Shown: positions 1 through 10,410, counted from the stretch's first letter. The stretch is DNA of 64,000 nucleotides from Myxococcota bacterium (GCA_965247115.1 CBDFGR010000002.1:1728001-1792000); one strand, 5' to 3'. Made by a program: numbers and translations. The notes: generated by a model from the letters alone, not told the origin.

Positions 1-300
1 GAGTACGAGAAGCGCATGCCGGAGGGCGATGCGTCGCTCCGAGAACGCGTTGCCGCGCTCACACGCATCCGCCGTGAGGAGGGCTACCTCGCCGAGTTCT
101 CAAGCAAGCGCGACGGCAGCTTCCTGCTCGTCGAGAATCACTGTCCCATCTGCGCCGCCGCCAGTGTCTGCCAAGGACTCTGCCGCGAGGAGCTGACGCT
201 GTTTCGCACACTGCTCGGAAAGGGTGTTCAAGTAGAGCGCGTCGACCATATACTCTCGGGTGCGCGTCGCTGCGCGTACCGCATCCAGGGAGGGGAGTGA
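1..300 (+). CDS. Transcriptional regulator, ArsR/SufR-like (COG2345-type), C-terminal part; 5' end outside the window
   Basis: Frame is open from base 1; ENHCPICAAA..CQGLC..E and terminal RRCAYRI Cys pattern of this regulator family. Confidence 0.75.
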   Translation, partial: EYEKRMPEGDASLRERVAALTRIRREEGYLAEFSSKRDGSFLLVENHCPICAAASVCQGLCREELTLFRTLLGKGVQVERVDHILSGARRCAYRIQGGE

Positions 301-1145
301 GAATGGGCGACGCTGGACCCCGCTCCGCGAGCGTCGAGGTGAACGGCCTGAAGCTCCACTATCTCGACTGGGACGCGGCTACCCAGGTGCCGGCCCTCGC
401 CTTCCACGGTTTTGCGCTCAACTGCCACTCCTGGGATGAAGTGGCCCCGTCGCTGTGCTCGCGAGTTCAGGTCCTGGCCTTCGACCAGCGCGGACACGGC
501 CTCTCGGACTGGGCGGAGAAGCTCGAGGACTACACCCGGGACAGCATGGTGCGTGACATCGAGGGGATCGTGGAGGCGCTGAAGCTCTCGCGCCCGGTGG
601 TGATCGGCCACAGCATGGGCGGCTTGAACTCCATGACCTTCGCCTCGCGCAACCCGGACAAGCTGCGCGCTCTGGTGCTGGTCGACGTGGGTCCCGAGGT
701 CTCCGTCGACGGGGCGAAGCAGGTCTCCTACTTCGTCGCGGGTCCGTACGAGCTCGAGAGCCTGGAGGACTGGGTCGAGTACACCCACGAGTACTACCCC
801 TGGCGCCCCAAGGAGCGCATTCGCGCCCGTCTGGAGACGTCGTTGCGCAGGACGGAGTCCGGGAGATTCGCGAAGCAGTACGATGAGCGCTTTCGACACT
901 CGTTTGAGGGCATTGCAGAGGGATCGGAGTCGCTCTGGGATGTTGCGGAACGGCTGAAGTGTCCGACGTTGCTCGTTCACGGAGGCGCGAGCCCGGTGCT
1001 CCCGTTGCAGACGGCCGTGGAGTTCGAGCGGAGGATCGACTGCGTACGGCGCGTCTGTATCGACGGGGCGAGCCATTCGGTCGCCGGCGACAAGCCGAAC
1101 GAGTTCGTCAAGGCAGTGTCCGGCTTCCTCGACGAGGTTCTGTAG
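297..1145 (+). CDS. Alpha/beta fold hydrolase
   Basis: HGF, DQRGHGLS, GHSMGG nucleophile elbow, C-terminal His (ASHSV). Confidence 0.9.
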   Translation: MRMGDAGPRSASVEVNGLKLHYLDWDAATQVPALAFHGFALNCHSWDEVAPSLCSRVQVLAFDQRGHGLSDWAEKLEDYTRDSMVRDIEGIVEALKLSRPVVIGHSMGGLNSMTFASRNPDKLRALVLVDVGPEVSVDGAKQVSYFVAGPYELESLEDWVEYTHEYYPWRPKERIRARLETSLRRTESGRFAKQYDERFRHSFEGIAEGSESLWDVAERLKCPTLLVHGGASPVLPLQTAVEFERRIDCVRRVCIDGASHSVAGDKPNEFVKAVSGFLDEVL

Positions 1146-1155
1146 GCCGGAATCG

Positions 1156-1539
1156 GTGCGGCTCGAAGCTCCGGACTACGTCGTCCTCATCGTGGCTGAT
1201 CTCGAGCGAGCGCTCGCCTTCTACGTCGACCTGCTCGGCCTGGCCCTGGGACATCGTTCCGGCGCGTACGCGCAGCTCGACACCGGTCGAACCCGGCTGT
1301 CGCTCTACGAGCGAGAGAGCATGCAAGAGACGCTGGGCTTCGTGCTGCGGCCAGCGGCGGATGACCGACCGGGCTTCGAGCTGGGCTTCAAGGTCGACGA
1401 CATCGATGCTGCCTTCGAGGAGCTGCTGGAGGGTGGCGCCGTCTCTGCCAGTCCTCCGGTCGATCGGCCCTGGGGACAGCGCACCGGCTACGTGCGGGAT
1501 CCCGATGGCCATCTGATCGAGCTGGTCCAGACGCTGTAG
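1156..1539 (+). CDS. VOC/glyoxalase family protein
   Basis: VADLERALAFY, PWGQRTGYVRDPDGHLIEL. Confidence 0.9.
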   Translation: MRLEAPDYVVLIVADLERALAFYVDLLGLALGHRSGAYAQLDTGRTRLSLYERESMQETLGFVLRPAADDRPGFELGFKVDDIDAAFEELLEGGAVSASPPVDRPWGQRTGYVRDPDGHLIELVQTL

Positions 1540-1549
1540 GCTCCCACAG

Positions 1550-1828
1550 GTGAGCTCGGACCAACCCTCCTTCGACGCTGTCTGGTCGCGGATCCGCGAG
1601 CGTGGCGGCGAGTTCTTCAAGACCGGTGAGGGTCAGTGGTTCACATACAAGGTGGAGGGCGACGTAATCCAGCCAAGCCACTCGGAGCTGCGCATCCCCC
1701 GCTCGGACTTCGAGCTCGCCTTCCCCCTGCTGCCCGTGCCGCCGGCCAAGCTGAACAAGTTCGTGACGGGTCCCAAGTTCGTCTGGGCCATCCTTCACGA
1801 CCCGCGCATCTCGGTAGGCCGCTGGTAG
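1550..1828 (+). CDS. Hypothetical protein (92 aa)
   Basis: Operon spacing and genome-typical codon usage; no recognised motif. Confidence 0.7.
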   Translation: MSSDQPSFDAVWSRIRERGGEFFKTGEGQWFTYKVEGDVIQPSHSELRIPRSDFELAFPLLPVPPAKLNKFVTGPKFVWAILHDPRISVGRW

Positions 1829-1886
1829 GTCTGTCCAGCCTGACTGAACCCATGCGGCAGTCGATTCGACGGCACGAACCCCGCAG

Positions 1887-2282
1887 TTGTCACTAGAATC
1901 CAGATCGGTGAGCGTTCTCGAGTTCGCAGGTGCGCGGATGCAGGTCCACCTGGGCTGCTCGGCCGAGGAGCGGGCGGATCCCCAGGCCGTGGAGCTCGAC
2001 GTGGCGGTCCGCTTCGCGGAGCTGCCGCGCGGCTGCGAGAGCGACGAGCTCGTGGACACGGTCGACTACTGCGGTCTGATCGAGGCCGCCCGGAGCCTCT
2101 GCGCCGAGCGCGAGTTCAAGCTCATCGAGCACCTGGCCGCGGAGCTGAGGGCCCGGCTCTGCGCGCAGCTTCCCGGCGCTTCTGAGCTCTGGCTCCGCAT
2201 CACGAAGCTCCACCCGCCGGTCGTGGACCTGGAAGGCGGGGTGAGCTTCTCCCTCGGCGACTGGGAGCCTCCCGGCCGCTAG
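1887..2282 (+). CDS. folB: Dihydroneopterin aldolase
   Basis: HLGCSAEER..PQ, DELVDTVDY, FKLIEHLA, LRITKLHPP; exact start uncertain. Confidence 0.85.
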   Translation: MSLESRSVSVLEFAGARMQVHLGCSAEERADPQAVELDVAVRFAELPRGCESDELVDTVDYCGLIEAARSLCAEREFKLIEHLAAELRARLCAQLPGASELWLRITKLHPPVVDLEGGVSFSLGDWEPPGR

Positions 2283-2339
2283 CCCTTCCGCCCGGGGTAG
2301 ACTCTGTCTCCCCAAGAAACGGAGCGGGAAGGTCAGACG

Positions 2340-3692
2340 ATGCCTCAATACGACTACGACCTCTTCACGATCGGCGGCGGCTCCGGCGGGGTTCGGGCTT
2401 CGCGCGTGTCGGCTGGCTTCGGCGCACGAGTGGCGCTTGCGGAGGAGCGTTACCTCGGTGGTACCTGTGTCAACGTCGGCTGCATTCCCAAGAAGCTGCT
2501 CGTCTACGCCTCTCACTTCTCCGAGGACTTCGAGGAAGCGGCGTCGTACGGCTGGTCGGTGGGCAGGAGCGACTTCGACTGGAGCGCGCTGATCGCGAAC
2601 AAGGACGCGGAGATCGCGCGTCTCAACGGCGTGTACGATCGGCTGCTGAGCGACGCTGGAGTGGATCAGGTCTCGGGACACGCCACCCTGATCGACGCCC
2701 ACACGGTGGCCGTCGGCGAGCGGCGCTTCAGCGCCAAGAACATCCTGGTGGCGACGGGGAGCTGGCCGGCGCTTCCGCAGGTGCCCGGGATCGAGCACGT
2801 GGTCACGTCGAACGAGGCTTTTCACCTGAAGACCATGCCGGAGCGCGTTCTCATCATCGGCGGGGGCTACATAGCGGTGGAGTTCGCGGGCATCTTCCAC
2901 GGCCTGGGTGTCCAGACCACCGAGCTCTACCGCGGCCCGCTGTTCCTGCGCGGCTTTGACGACGACGTGCGGCAGGTGCTCGGCGAAGAGATGCGCAAGA
3001 AGGGCATCGACCTGCGCTTCGAGGTGACGGTGGACAAGGTCGAGCGCACGGACGCCGGTCTGCTCGCCACGTTGAGTGATGGCAGCTCGATCGAGGTCGA
3101 CGAGATCATGTACGCGACCGGTCGGCGCCCGCTCACCGGGCAGCTCGGGCTCGAGGAGGTCGGGGTGGAGCTCAACGAGAAGGGGGCGGTGGTCGTTGAC
3201 GACTACTCGCGCTCGTCCGTCGACCACATCTGGGCGGTCGGCGATGCAACGGATCGAATCAATCTCACGCCCGTCGCGCTCCACGAGGGGATGTGCCTTG
3301 CGAGCACGCTATTCGCTGACACGCCCACGAAGCCCTGCCATGAAGACGTCGCCTCGGCTGTGTTCAGCCAGCCTCCCATTGGCTCCGTCGGTCTGACAGA
3401 GACGCGCGCACGCGAGCGCTACGGCGAGCTCGATATCTACAAGAGCCGCTTTCGCTCGCTCAAGCACACGCTGACCGGGAGCGACGAGACGACCTTCATG
3501 AAGCTGATCGTCGACCGAGCGACCGATCGCGTCGTCGGCTTCCACGTGGTCGGCGCGGACTCGGGCGAGATGACGCAGGGAGTCGCGATCGCGATCAAGT
3601 GCGGGGCCACGAAGGCGCAGTTCGACGCTACGATCGGCATCCACCCCACGTCGGCCGAGGAATTCGTGACGATGCGCGAGCCGGTCGCGTAA
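2340..3692 (+). CDS. gor: Glutathione-disulfide reductase
   Basis: GGGSGG, GGTCVNVGCIPKK redox disulfide, GGGYIAVEFAGIF, IHPTSAEEFVTMR. Confidence 0.95.
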   Translation: MPQYDYDLFTIGGGSGGVRASRVSAGFGARVALAEERYLGGTCVNVGCIPKKLLVYASHFSEDFEEAASYGWSVGRSDFDWSALIANKDAEIARLNGVYDRLLSDAGVDQVSGHATLIDAHTVAVGERRFSAKNILVATGSWPALPQVPGIEHVVTSNEAFHLKTMPERVLIIGGGYIAVEFAGIFHGLGVQTTELYRGPLFLRGFDDDVRQVLGEEMRKKGIDLRFEVTVDKVERTDAGLLATLSDGSSIEVDEIMYATGRRPLTGQLGLEEVGVELNEKGAVVVDDYSRSSVDHIWAVGDATDRINLTPVALHEGMCLASTLFADTPTKPCHEDVASAVFSQPPIGSVGLTETRARERYGELDIYKSRFRSLKHTLTGSDETTFMKLIVDRATDRVVGFHVVGADSGEMTQGVAIAIKCGATKAQFDATIGIHPTSAEEFVTMREPVA

Positions 3693-3719
3693 GGTCCGAA
3701 GGCTGATCGGCACAGACTT

Positions 3720-4271
3720 GTGCGTGCGCCGGAGAGCCCCGTGCGGTTGGTAGGGTTCCTGGGGATCCTCGCCTTCGCCATGCTGGCGATTGTCGCCATT
3801 GCATTGGGTGTTCCCGAGAGTCCGCTCGGGCACGGCTTCACGCACCCCGAGATCGCCAGCATGGAGCGCGGAGGGGGAGGCTACGCGCGCGCCGAGGGCG
3901 TGCTCGAGCTGGGCTGGGCTTTCGGCCTGGCGCAGGTCCTGTTCTTCACCGGGCTCCTGGCCCTTGGCGCGCGCAGTCGAGACGGGCTGCGCGGGCTCGG
4001 TCCCGGTCTGCTGGCGGGGGGCCTCGTCTACGCGGTGATCTGGACCGCACTCGTGCTCACGTATCGAACCTACGCGCTGAGCCCCGATCCAGTCCTCTTT
4101 CTGGGCTTCCCAGCGCCGACGGCGATCATGCTCTTCGCGCTCTACGCCGCGCCGGGCATCTTCATGGTCCTGTACGTGGTCGGGTTCGAGCGCTGGATCG
4201 CCAGCCCAGCGGACCTCGCAGCGCTGGAACGCCGGCTCGCCGACCTGCGCCGGGAGCGGGATGACTCCTGA
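3720..4271 (+). CDS. Hypothetical membrane protein, coupled to the downstream symporter
   Basis: Four hydrophobic segments; TGATG stop/start overlap with the next gene. Confidence 0.75.
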   Translation: MRAPESPVRLVGFLGILAFAMLAIVAIALGVPESPLGHGFTHPEIASMERGGGGYARAEGVLELGWAFGLAQVLFFTGLLALGARSRDGLRGLGPGLLAGGLVYAVIWTALVLTYRTYALSPDPVLFLGFPAPTAIMLFALYAAPGIFMVLYVVGFERWIASPADLAALERRLADLRRERDDS

Positions 4272-5767
4272 TGGAGGCGTTCCGGAACCCGATCATCCTG
4301 GGCTCCGTTGGCATCTACATGGCGGTGTGCGTCGGGTTCGGCATCTGGGCGATGAGGCGCACGCACTCCACGCGGGATTTCTTCATGGCCGGGCGCCAGA
4401 TCGGTGTCATGGTCGCGGGTCTTGCGGTGTTTTCGAGCACGCTCTCGGGCTTCGGCTTCGTCGGTGGCCCGGGACTCGTCTACTCCATGGGCATGAGCTC
4501 CATGTGGATGGTGGTCTGCGCCTCGATGGGCTTTTGTCTGTCGTTCTTCCTGCTGGCCAAGCGCCTTCGCCTCTTCGCGGAGGCACGCGACACGGTGTCG
4601 CTGCCCGACGCGGTCTGCGCACGCTACGGCAGCGAGACGAGTCGCCTGCTGACCGCGATCGCCATCCTGCTCGGCGTGCTGGGCTACCTAGCGACTCAGA
4701 TCCTGGCGATGGCGACGGTGCTGCAGAGCATTCTGGAGCGCACGGAGTTCCTGGGCGGAGTCGGCCTGATCGGGTGTGTCGCTATTTCGAGCGCCGTGCT
4801 GGTCTTCTACTGCGTGACGGGAGGAATCATCGCGTCGGTCTACACCGATCTGGTGCAGGGCGGTGTCATGGTGGTCGCGGCGCTACTCATCTTCGTGACG
4901 GCCCTCTACGCCGTGGACGGGGGCGCGGCGGGCGCTGTGCAGATCATCATGCGCGACGACCCCGAGGCCATGGGTCCCTGGGGCACGTTGGGAATGTTGG
5001 GCTGCCTGTCCTGGTACTTCATGTTCGCACTGGGCGGCTGCGGGCAGCCGCACATCGTCACAAAGTTCATGATGAACAAGTCGGTCTCTGACGCGCGCAA
5101 GGTGCTGCCAGTGACCGTCATCAGCTTCGTTCTGGCCGCCTTGCTCTGGATCAGCATCGGCCTTGCGATGCGAGCACTTGTTCTTGCGGGAGACCACCCC
5201 GCGCTAGCGAATGCGGACGCAGCTGCAGCTGAGTTCTTGCAGAGCTACGCGCATCCGCTTCTCGCCGGAGTCGTATTCGCGGGGCTCTTCGCTGCGATCA
5301 TGTCGACGGCCGACGGCTTCATCAACATCGGCGCGGCCGCGGTGGTTCACGACATTCCGACGGCGCTGCGCGGCCGCTCGCTCCCGAACGAGCTCTTCTC
5401 GGCGCGGGTCGCGACGGTCGTGATCGCGCTGGCCGCAGCGCTCTTCGCGCTCTACTCCCACTACGAGAACGAGCGCCTGGTGGCCCTGCTGGGCGCGTTC
5501 GGCTGGGGGACCTTTGCGGCCGCTCTCGTTCCCACGGTGGCGATCGGCTTCAACTGGAAGCGCGCCAGCGCCACCGCGGCGAACACCGCGATCGTCGCGA
5601 GCCTGGCCATCAACTTCGGTCTGGAGCTGCTCGATGTGGAGATCCCCTACGGCATCCACGGCGGCACGATCGCGTTGCTGGTGTCCGTCGCGCTCTTCTT
5701 CGGGATCTCCCTCCTGAGTCCGTCGCCACGTCTTGCTCCCGACGTCGAAGCGGTCATGGACATCTAA
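4271..5767 (+). CDS. Sodium:solute symporter (SSS, PutP/PanF-like)
   Basis: DFFMAGR, GGIIASVYTDLVQG, GQPHIVTKF, FAAIMSTAD; many TM helices. Confidence 0.92.
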   Translation: MEAFRNPIILGSVGIYMAVCVGFGIWAMRRTHSTRDFFMAGRQIGVMVAGLAVFSSTLSGFGFVGGPGLVYSMGMSSMWMVVCASMGFCLSFFLLAKRLRLFAEARDTVSLPDAVCARYGSETSRLLTAIAILLGVLGYLATQILAMATVLQSILERTEFLGGVGLIGCVAISSAVLVFYCVTGGIIASVYTDLVQGGVMVVAALLIFVTALYAVDGGAAGAVQIIMRDDPEAMGPWGTLGMLGCLSWYFMFALGGCGQPHIVTKFMMNKSVSDARKVLPVTVISFVLAALLWISIGLAMRALVLAGDHPALANADAAAAEFLQSYAHPLLAGVVFAGLFAAIMSTADGFINIGAAAVVHDIPTALRGRSLPNELFSARVATVVIALAAALFALYSHYENERLVALLGAFGWGTFAAALVPTVAIGFNWKRASATAANTAIVASLAINFGLELLDVEIPYGIHGGTIALLVSVALFFGISLLSPSPRLAPDVEAVMDI

Positions 5768-5787
5768 CCAGCGCCACCGCTAAGCTC

Positions 5788-5884
5788 CCATGCAAGCGCC
5801 GCGCTAGCGGCCCGCGCAGCGAAGGCCAAAGGCCTGAGCGGAGGTGGGTGGGCCCCAGCCGCCCGCGGCCCGGGTCCCACAAGC
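5788..5884 (-). repeat. Dispersed structured repeat family R1, copy E
   Basis: Reverse complement reads cttgtgggacccgg...acccacctccgctcaggcctttggccttcgctgcgcg...gcggcgcttgcatgg, matching the copies at 6973, 10162, 29324 and 53107. Confidence 0.9.
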
Positions 5885-5902
5885 CCCACAAGGAGAGAGC
5901 AC

Positions 5903-6973
5903 ATGGACGTCGGAATTGCAGTGATCTTCCAGAATCCCGAGGGCGAACGCAGCGATCGCGAGGTGTATCAGAGCGAGCTCAGGCTGGCCGATCAGGCCAC
6001 GCCCCTGGGCTTTCAGTCCATCTGGGGGGTGGAGCATCACTTTACCGACTACACGATGTGCCCGGATGTGCTGCAGTTCTTGACGTACATGGCGGCTCGT
6101 CACCCCACACTCGGCCTCGGGTCCATGGTCGTCGTGCTGCCGTGGCACAACCCCATCCGGGTAGCCGAGCAGATCTCCGTACTCGATCACCTGTCTGACG
6201 GGCGTCTCGTGCTCGGACTGGGTCGCGGCCTCGGCAGGGTCGAGTTCGAGGGCATGGGAGTGGACCAGAACACGAGCCGCGCGTTCTTCACCGAGGCGGC
6301 GACGATGCTGATCGAGGGCCTGGAGAACGGCTACTGCGAGCTCGACGGCGAGTACCTCAAGCAGGTGCGCCGCGACATTCGACCGCGGCCGTTCAAGAGC
6401 TTCAAAGGTCGCACCTACGCCGCGGCCATCTCGCCGGAGTCCTCCGAGATCATGGCCCGGCTCGGCGTCGGTATCCTGGTCATCCCGCAAAAACCGTGGG
6501 AGCAGGTCGAGCAAGAGCTCAAGACCTACCGCGATATCTACCGCGAGGTGCACGGAGAGCCGGCGCCGCCCACGATCTCCACGGGCTGGGTCTTCTGCGA
6601 CGAGGACGAGGGTCGCGCGGAAGAACTCGCGCGGCGCTACATCGGCGGCTACTGGCACACCGTCGTGAAGCACTACGAGCTGATTGGCGACCACCTCGGC
6701 AAGCTCAAGGGCTACGAGTCTTACGCCAAGCTGCAGGAGGACGCGAGCGCCGAAGGCGGCCCCGAGGAGCTCGTCGACTTCTTCCTCGGCCTGCAGATCT
6801 GGGGCACCCCGGAGCAGTGCTACGGGAAAGTGGTCGACGTCACGAAGCGCCTCGGCAGCAACAGCTTCAACGGCATCTTCAGCTACGCCGGCATGCCCTT
6901 CGCCGAAGCCGAGCGCAACCTCCACCTCTTCGCCCGCGAAGTAATGCCTGCGCTCCAGGACGTGGAGCTCTAG
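5903..6973 (+). CDS. LLM class flavin-dependent oxidoreductase (luciferase-like)
   Basis: SIWGVEHHF, PIRVAEQISVLDHLSDGRLVLGLGRG, WGTPEQC; AAGGAG upstream. Confidence 0.92.
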   Translation: MDVGIAVIFQNPEGERSDREVYQSELRLADQATPLGFQSIWGVEHHFTDYTMCPDVLQFLTYMAARHPTLGLGSMVVVLPWHNPIRVAEQISVLDHLSDGRLVLGLGRGLGRVEFEGMGVDQNTSRAFFTEAATMLIEGLENGYCELDGEYLKQVRRDIRPRPFKSFKGRTYAAAISPESSEIMARLGVGILVIPQKPWEQVEQELKTYRDIYREVHGEPAPPTISTGWVFCDEDEGRAEELARRYIGGYWHTVVKHYELIGDHLGKLKGYESYAKLQEDASAEGGPEELVDFFLGLQIWGTPEQCYGKVVDVTKRLGSNSFNGIFSYAGMPFAEAERNLHLFAREVMPALQDVEL

Positions 6974-7117
6974 TCTTGTGGGACCCGGCCGCGGGCGTCC
7001 GCGGCCACCCACCTCCGCTCAGGCCGGAGGCCTTCGCTGCGCGCGCCGCGTTCCGCGGCGCTTGCGGGGTGCCAAGCCTTGTGGGACCCGGTCGCGACCG
7101 CTTGCGCGCGGGTCCCC
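6973..7117 (+). repeat. Repeat family R1, copy A, followed by a tandem partial copy (7078-7117)
   Basis: gtcttgtgggacccggccgcgg...acccacctccgctcaggccggaggccttcgctgcgcgcgccgcgttccgcggcgcttgc...gccaagcc, then cttgtgggacccg...cgggtccc. Confidence 0.92.
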
Positions 7118-7161
7118 CTGGGAAAGCTGACGGAGGGGCGAAAAAGAGGTAAAAGTAGGGG

Positions 7162-8577
7162 ATGGGTTCGTGGGGGATTGCGGTGCTCGCCGGGGTGGTC
7201 GGAGCACTGCTCGGGGCGGGGTTTGTGTGGCTGCGCTTGCGTTGGCGCTGGGCCGACGCTGTGCGGGAGCAGGAGGTTCAGCTGGCGGGGGCGGTGGCCC
7301 ATCTGGAGGAGCGGTCGAAGCAGATCGAGCGGCTCGAGGGGGAGCTCGCGGAGCGACGTCGACTGGGGGCGGATCTTCAGAGCGAGCTCCGGGACTTCGA
7401 GCGTGCGAACGGCCAGCTCGCGCAGGAGCTGAGAGACGAGCGAGAGAGTGGCGAGGAAAAGCTCGCGCTCGTCGACCGTGCCGAGCAGAGGCTGACCGAG
7501 ACCTTCCAGGCGCTGTCCGCGGAGGCGCTGCGCAGCAACAACAAGACCTTTCTGGAGATCGCGCGCGGGGATCTGGCGAAGCTGCAGGAGACCGCGCGTG
7601 GCGACATCGACGACCGACAGAAGGCGATCCTCGATCTGGTCGAGCCGATCTACGAGTCCCTGTCGCGCGTGGACGAGAAGCTCATCGAGGTGGAGAAGGA
7701 GCGCCACGGTCACTACTCGGCGCTCACCGAGCAGCTCAGGTCGATGGCGGCCTCTCAGCAGCAGCTGCAGGGCGAGACCGCGGGTCTGGTGAAGGCTCTG
7801 CGCGCACCGACCGTGCGCGGTCGCTGGGGCGAGATACAGCTGAAGCGCGTGGTCGAGCTCGCGGGAATGCTGGATCACTGCGACTTCTACGAGCAGCAGT
7901 TCGTCGACTCCGACGAGGGTCGCCTGCGCCCGGATCTCCTGGTCCGGCTGCCCGGAGATAAGAACGTTGTCGTCGACGCGAAGGCTCCGCTGTCTGCCTA
8001 CCTCGACGCCCTGGAGGAGCTGAGCGACGCCGAGCGCGAGAAGCGCATGCTGGACCACGCACGCCAGGTCCGCAGCCACATGACCCAGCTTGGCGCAAAG
8101 CGCTACTGGACGCAGTTCCAGCCCGCGCCCGAGTTTGTCGTGATGTTTCTGCCAGGCGAGACTTTTTTCAGCGCCGCGCTGCAGTACGATCCGACCCTGA
8201 TCGAGTTCGGGGTGGAGAACCGGGTGATCCCCGCCAGTCCGACGACGCTGATCGCGCTCCTGCGAGCGGTTGCCTATGGCTGGCGCGAGGAGAAGGTCGC
8301 CGAGAACGCCATGACCATCAGCGCGCTCGGCCGCGAGCTCTACGAGCGACTCGTCACGCTCGTGGGACACTTCGACGGGCTACGGCGCGGCCTCGAGGGT
8401 GCAGTCGGTGCCTACAACGATGCGGTCGGCTCTCTCGAGACCCGTGTGCTCGTATCGGCACGACGCTTCCGCGACCTGGGAGCAGGCGGGGACTCGGAGC
8501 TGGTCGCACCGCCTGCCGTCGAGACCACCGCGCGCGCGCTCACGCCCGTAGCCGAAGACGGGGCCGGGGAGACCTAG
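7162..8577 (+). CDS. rmuC: DNA recombination protein RmuC
   Basis: N-terminal TM and coiled coil, [48 protein letters not shown]. Confidence 0.95.
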   Translation: MGSWGIAVLAGVVGALLGAGFVWLRLRWRWADAVREQEVQLAGAVAHLEERSKQIERLEGELAERRRLGADLQSELRDFERANGQLAQELRDERESGEEKLALVDRAEQRLTETFQALSAEALRSNNKTFLEIARGDLAKLQETARGDIDDRQKAILDLVEPIYESLSRVDEKLIEVEKERHGHYSALTEQLRSMAASQQQLQGETAGLVKALRAPTVRGRWGEIQLKRVVELAGMLDHCDFYEQQFVDSDEGRLRPDLLVRLPGDKNVVVDAKAPLSAYLDALEELSDAEREKRMLDHARQVRSHMTQLGAKRYWTQFQPAPEFVVMFLPGETFFSAALQYDPTLIEFGVENRVIPASPTTLIALLRAVAYGWREEKVAENAMTISALGRELYERLVTLVGHFDGLRRGLEGAVGAYNDAVGSLETRVLVSARRFRDLGAGGDSELVAPPAVETTARALTPVAEDGAGET

Positions 8578-8584
8578 AGACCGG

Positions 8585-9418
8585 TCAGCCGTCCTCTGGG
8601 TGGTAGACTTTGATCGGCCGATAGCGGCGGGTGAAGCCCGCCTGCTCGGACCAGCGCCGCCCGGCCACGAGCCCGCCGTCGACGACGATCGCCTCGCCGG
8701 TCACGAAGGCAGAGGCGTCGCTGGCAAGCCATAAGGCCGCGCTCGCGATGTCCTCCGGGACGCCCGCCCTCTGGAGCGGCTGCGAGCTGATGAAATCCGG
8801 CTTCGCCGCCTCGACCGCCGAGTCCCGGCCACCCACCGTGTTCGTCGAGAGCGGCGTTGCGATGAAACCCGGGCAGATGCAGTTCACCCGCACTCCTCCC
8901 TCTGCTAGCTCCATTGCCACCGAGCGCGTGAGCTGGATCACGGCGGCCTTGGCGGCGCTGTAGGCGTGCGGGCCGAACCCGGCGCGGAGGCCCGCGACGC
9001 TGGCCGTGTTGATCATGCAGCCCGACCCCTGACCTAGCATCACCGGGGCGGCGTACTTCATGCCGAGGAAAACGCCCCGAACCAGAACCGCAAACGTGAG
9101 ATCGAACTCGTCGACGGGAGTTTCGGCGACCGGGCCGAGGGCGCCGCCGAAGCCGGCGTTGTTGAAGATGCAGTCGAGGCGCCCGAACTCGCGCAGGGCC
9201 GCCTCGACCGCCTCGCGCACGTCCTCCTCGCGGCTGACCTCGGCGTGCTGGAACAGCGCGGAGCCTCGAAGCGAGCGCGCGACCTCGCGCCCGCGATCCT
9301 CTTGCATGTCCGCGATCACGACGCGCGCACCTTCCTCGACGAAGAGCCGCGCGCTCCGCTCGCCAATCCCGCTCGCGCCACCGGTGATGACCGCGACCTT
9401 CCCGTCCAGCTGACCCAT
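8585..9418 (-). CDS. SDR family oxidoreductase
   Basis: TGGASGIG, NNAG, YSAAK, VRVNCICPG. Confidence 0.93.
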   Translation of the reverse strand: MGQLDGKVAVITGGASGIGERSARLFVEEGARVVIADMQEDRGREVARSLRGSALFQHAEVSREEDVREAVEAALREFGRLDCIFNNAGFGGALGPVAETPVDEFDLTFAVLVRGVFLGMKYAAPVMLGQGSGCMINTASVAGLRAGFGPHAYSAAKAAVIQLTRSVAMELAEGGVRVNCICPGFIATPLSTNTVGGRDSAVEAAKPDFISSQPLQRAGVPEDIASAALWLASDASAFVTGEAIVVDGGLVAGRRWSEQAGFTRRYRPIKVYHPEDG

Positions 9419-9511
9419 GGTTCCCTCACTCCGTGATCTGCTCTTGCGCCGATTCTACAGCGGCGGACCCGCTGGAACGGAGCTCGTCTGAACCCGCGCT
9501 AGACTTCCCGC

Positions 9512-10162
9512 GTGGGTGCAGACAGGCGCGCGATCGATCCACAGCATCTGACTCCCGAGCTGCTGATCGCCGCCTACAGCCAGGGCATCTTTCCCATGGT
9601 CGATTCGAGGAGCGGCGAAGTCGGCTGGTACAGCCCCGATCCACGCGCCATCTTTCCGCTCGACTCCTTTCACGTGCCCAGGAGCCTGGCTCGCGTGATC
9701 CGAGCCGGGAGGTTCGAGCTCCGCACCGACACGTGCTTCGAAACCGTCATGCGCGCGTGCGCGGAGCCGCGCAGAGGGCGAGAAGAGACCTGGATCGACG
9801 AGCGCATGGTCACGGCCTATGCGGAGCTCTGGCGCGGAGGCCTCGCACACAGCGTCGAGGCGTGGCGCGACGAGCGTCTCGTCGGCGGGCTGTATGGGGT
9901 GCACATCGGCTCGGCGTTCTTCGGCGAGAGCATGTTCAGCCTGCCGGAGCTGGGAGGCACCAACGCCTCCAAGGTGTGCCTCGTGGGTCTGCTGGAGCTG
10001 CTCCGAGAGCGGGGCTTCAGCCTGCTCGACACGCAGTTCTCGACGGAGCACCTCAGCCGCTTCGGCTGCGTCGAGCTGCCACGCGACCAGTACCTGCAGA
10101 GGCTCGACGCTGCGATCCGGGCCGACTCCGATTGGCCCGATCCGGGCCCTCTGCGTTTCTAG
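9512..10162 (+). CDS. aat: Leucyl/phenylalanyl-tRNA--protein transferase
   Basis: AYSQGIFPM, WYSPDPRA, AHSVEAW, LVGGLYGV, FFGESMFS, NASKV, LLDTQ. Confidence 0.95.
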   Translation: MGADRRAIDPQHLTPELLIAAYSQGIFPMVDSRSGEVGWYSPDPRAIFPLDSFHVPRSLARVIRAGRFELRTDTCFETVMRACAEPRRGREETWIDERMVTAYAELWRGGLAHSVEAWRDERLVGGLYGVHIGSAFFGESMFSLPELGGTNASKVCLVGLLELLRERGFSLLDTQFSTEHLSRFGCVELPRDQYLQRLDAAIRADSDWPDPGPLRF

Positions 10163-10257
10163 TGGGACCCGGCCCGCGAGCGGTCGCGGGCCACCCACCT
10201 CCGCTCAGGCCTACGGCCTTCGCTGCGCGCGCCGCTTCCGCGGCGCTTGCTGGGTGC
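10162..10257 (+). repeat. Repeat family R1, copy B
   Basis: gtgggacccggcccgcgagcggtcgcgggccacccacctccgctcaggcctacggccttcgctgcgcgcgccgcttccgcggcgcttgc. Confidence 0.92.
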
Positions 10258-10266
10258 TTCCGAGCT

Positions 10267-10380
10267 CTAGTCCGGTCGGAGATCCGCTGCCAGAAAGGCG
10301 CGCGAGGCAGCGTCGATCGGCGTCGGGGCGCGGTAGTTCGGGTGGTCGACGTGGAGCGTGACCGGCAGGGTGGGATTCGC
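10267..10380 (-). pseudogene. Possible 3' remnant of a DUF3501-family gene
   Basis: Minus frame reads ..PVTLHVDHPNYRAPTPIDAASRAFLAADLRPD*, resembling the DUF3501 C-terminus as I recall it; no N-terminal part. Confidence 0.45.
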
Positions 10381-10410
10381 AGAGCGCTCGGTACGCTCCA
10401 GGTTACCAGT

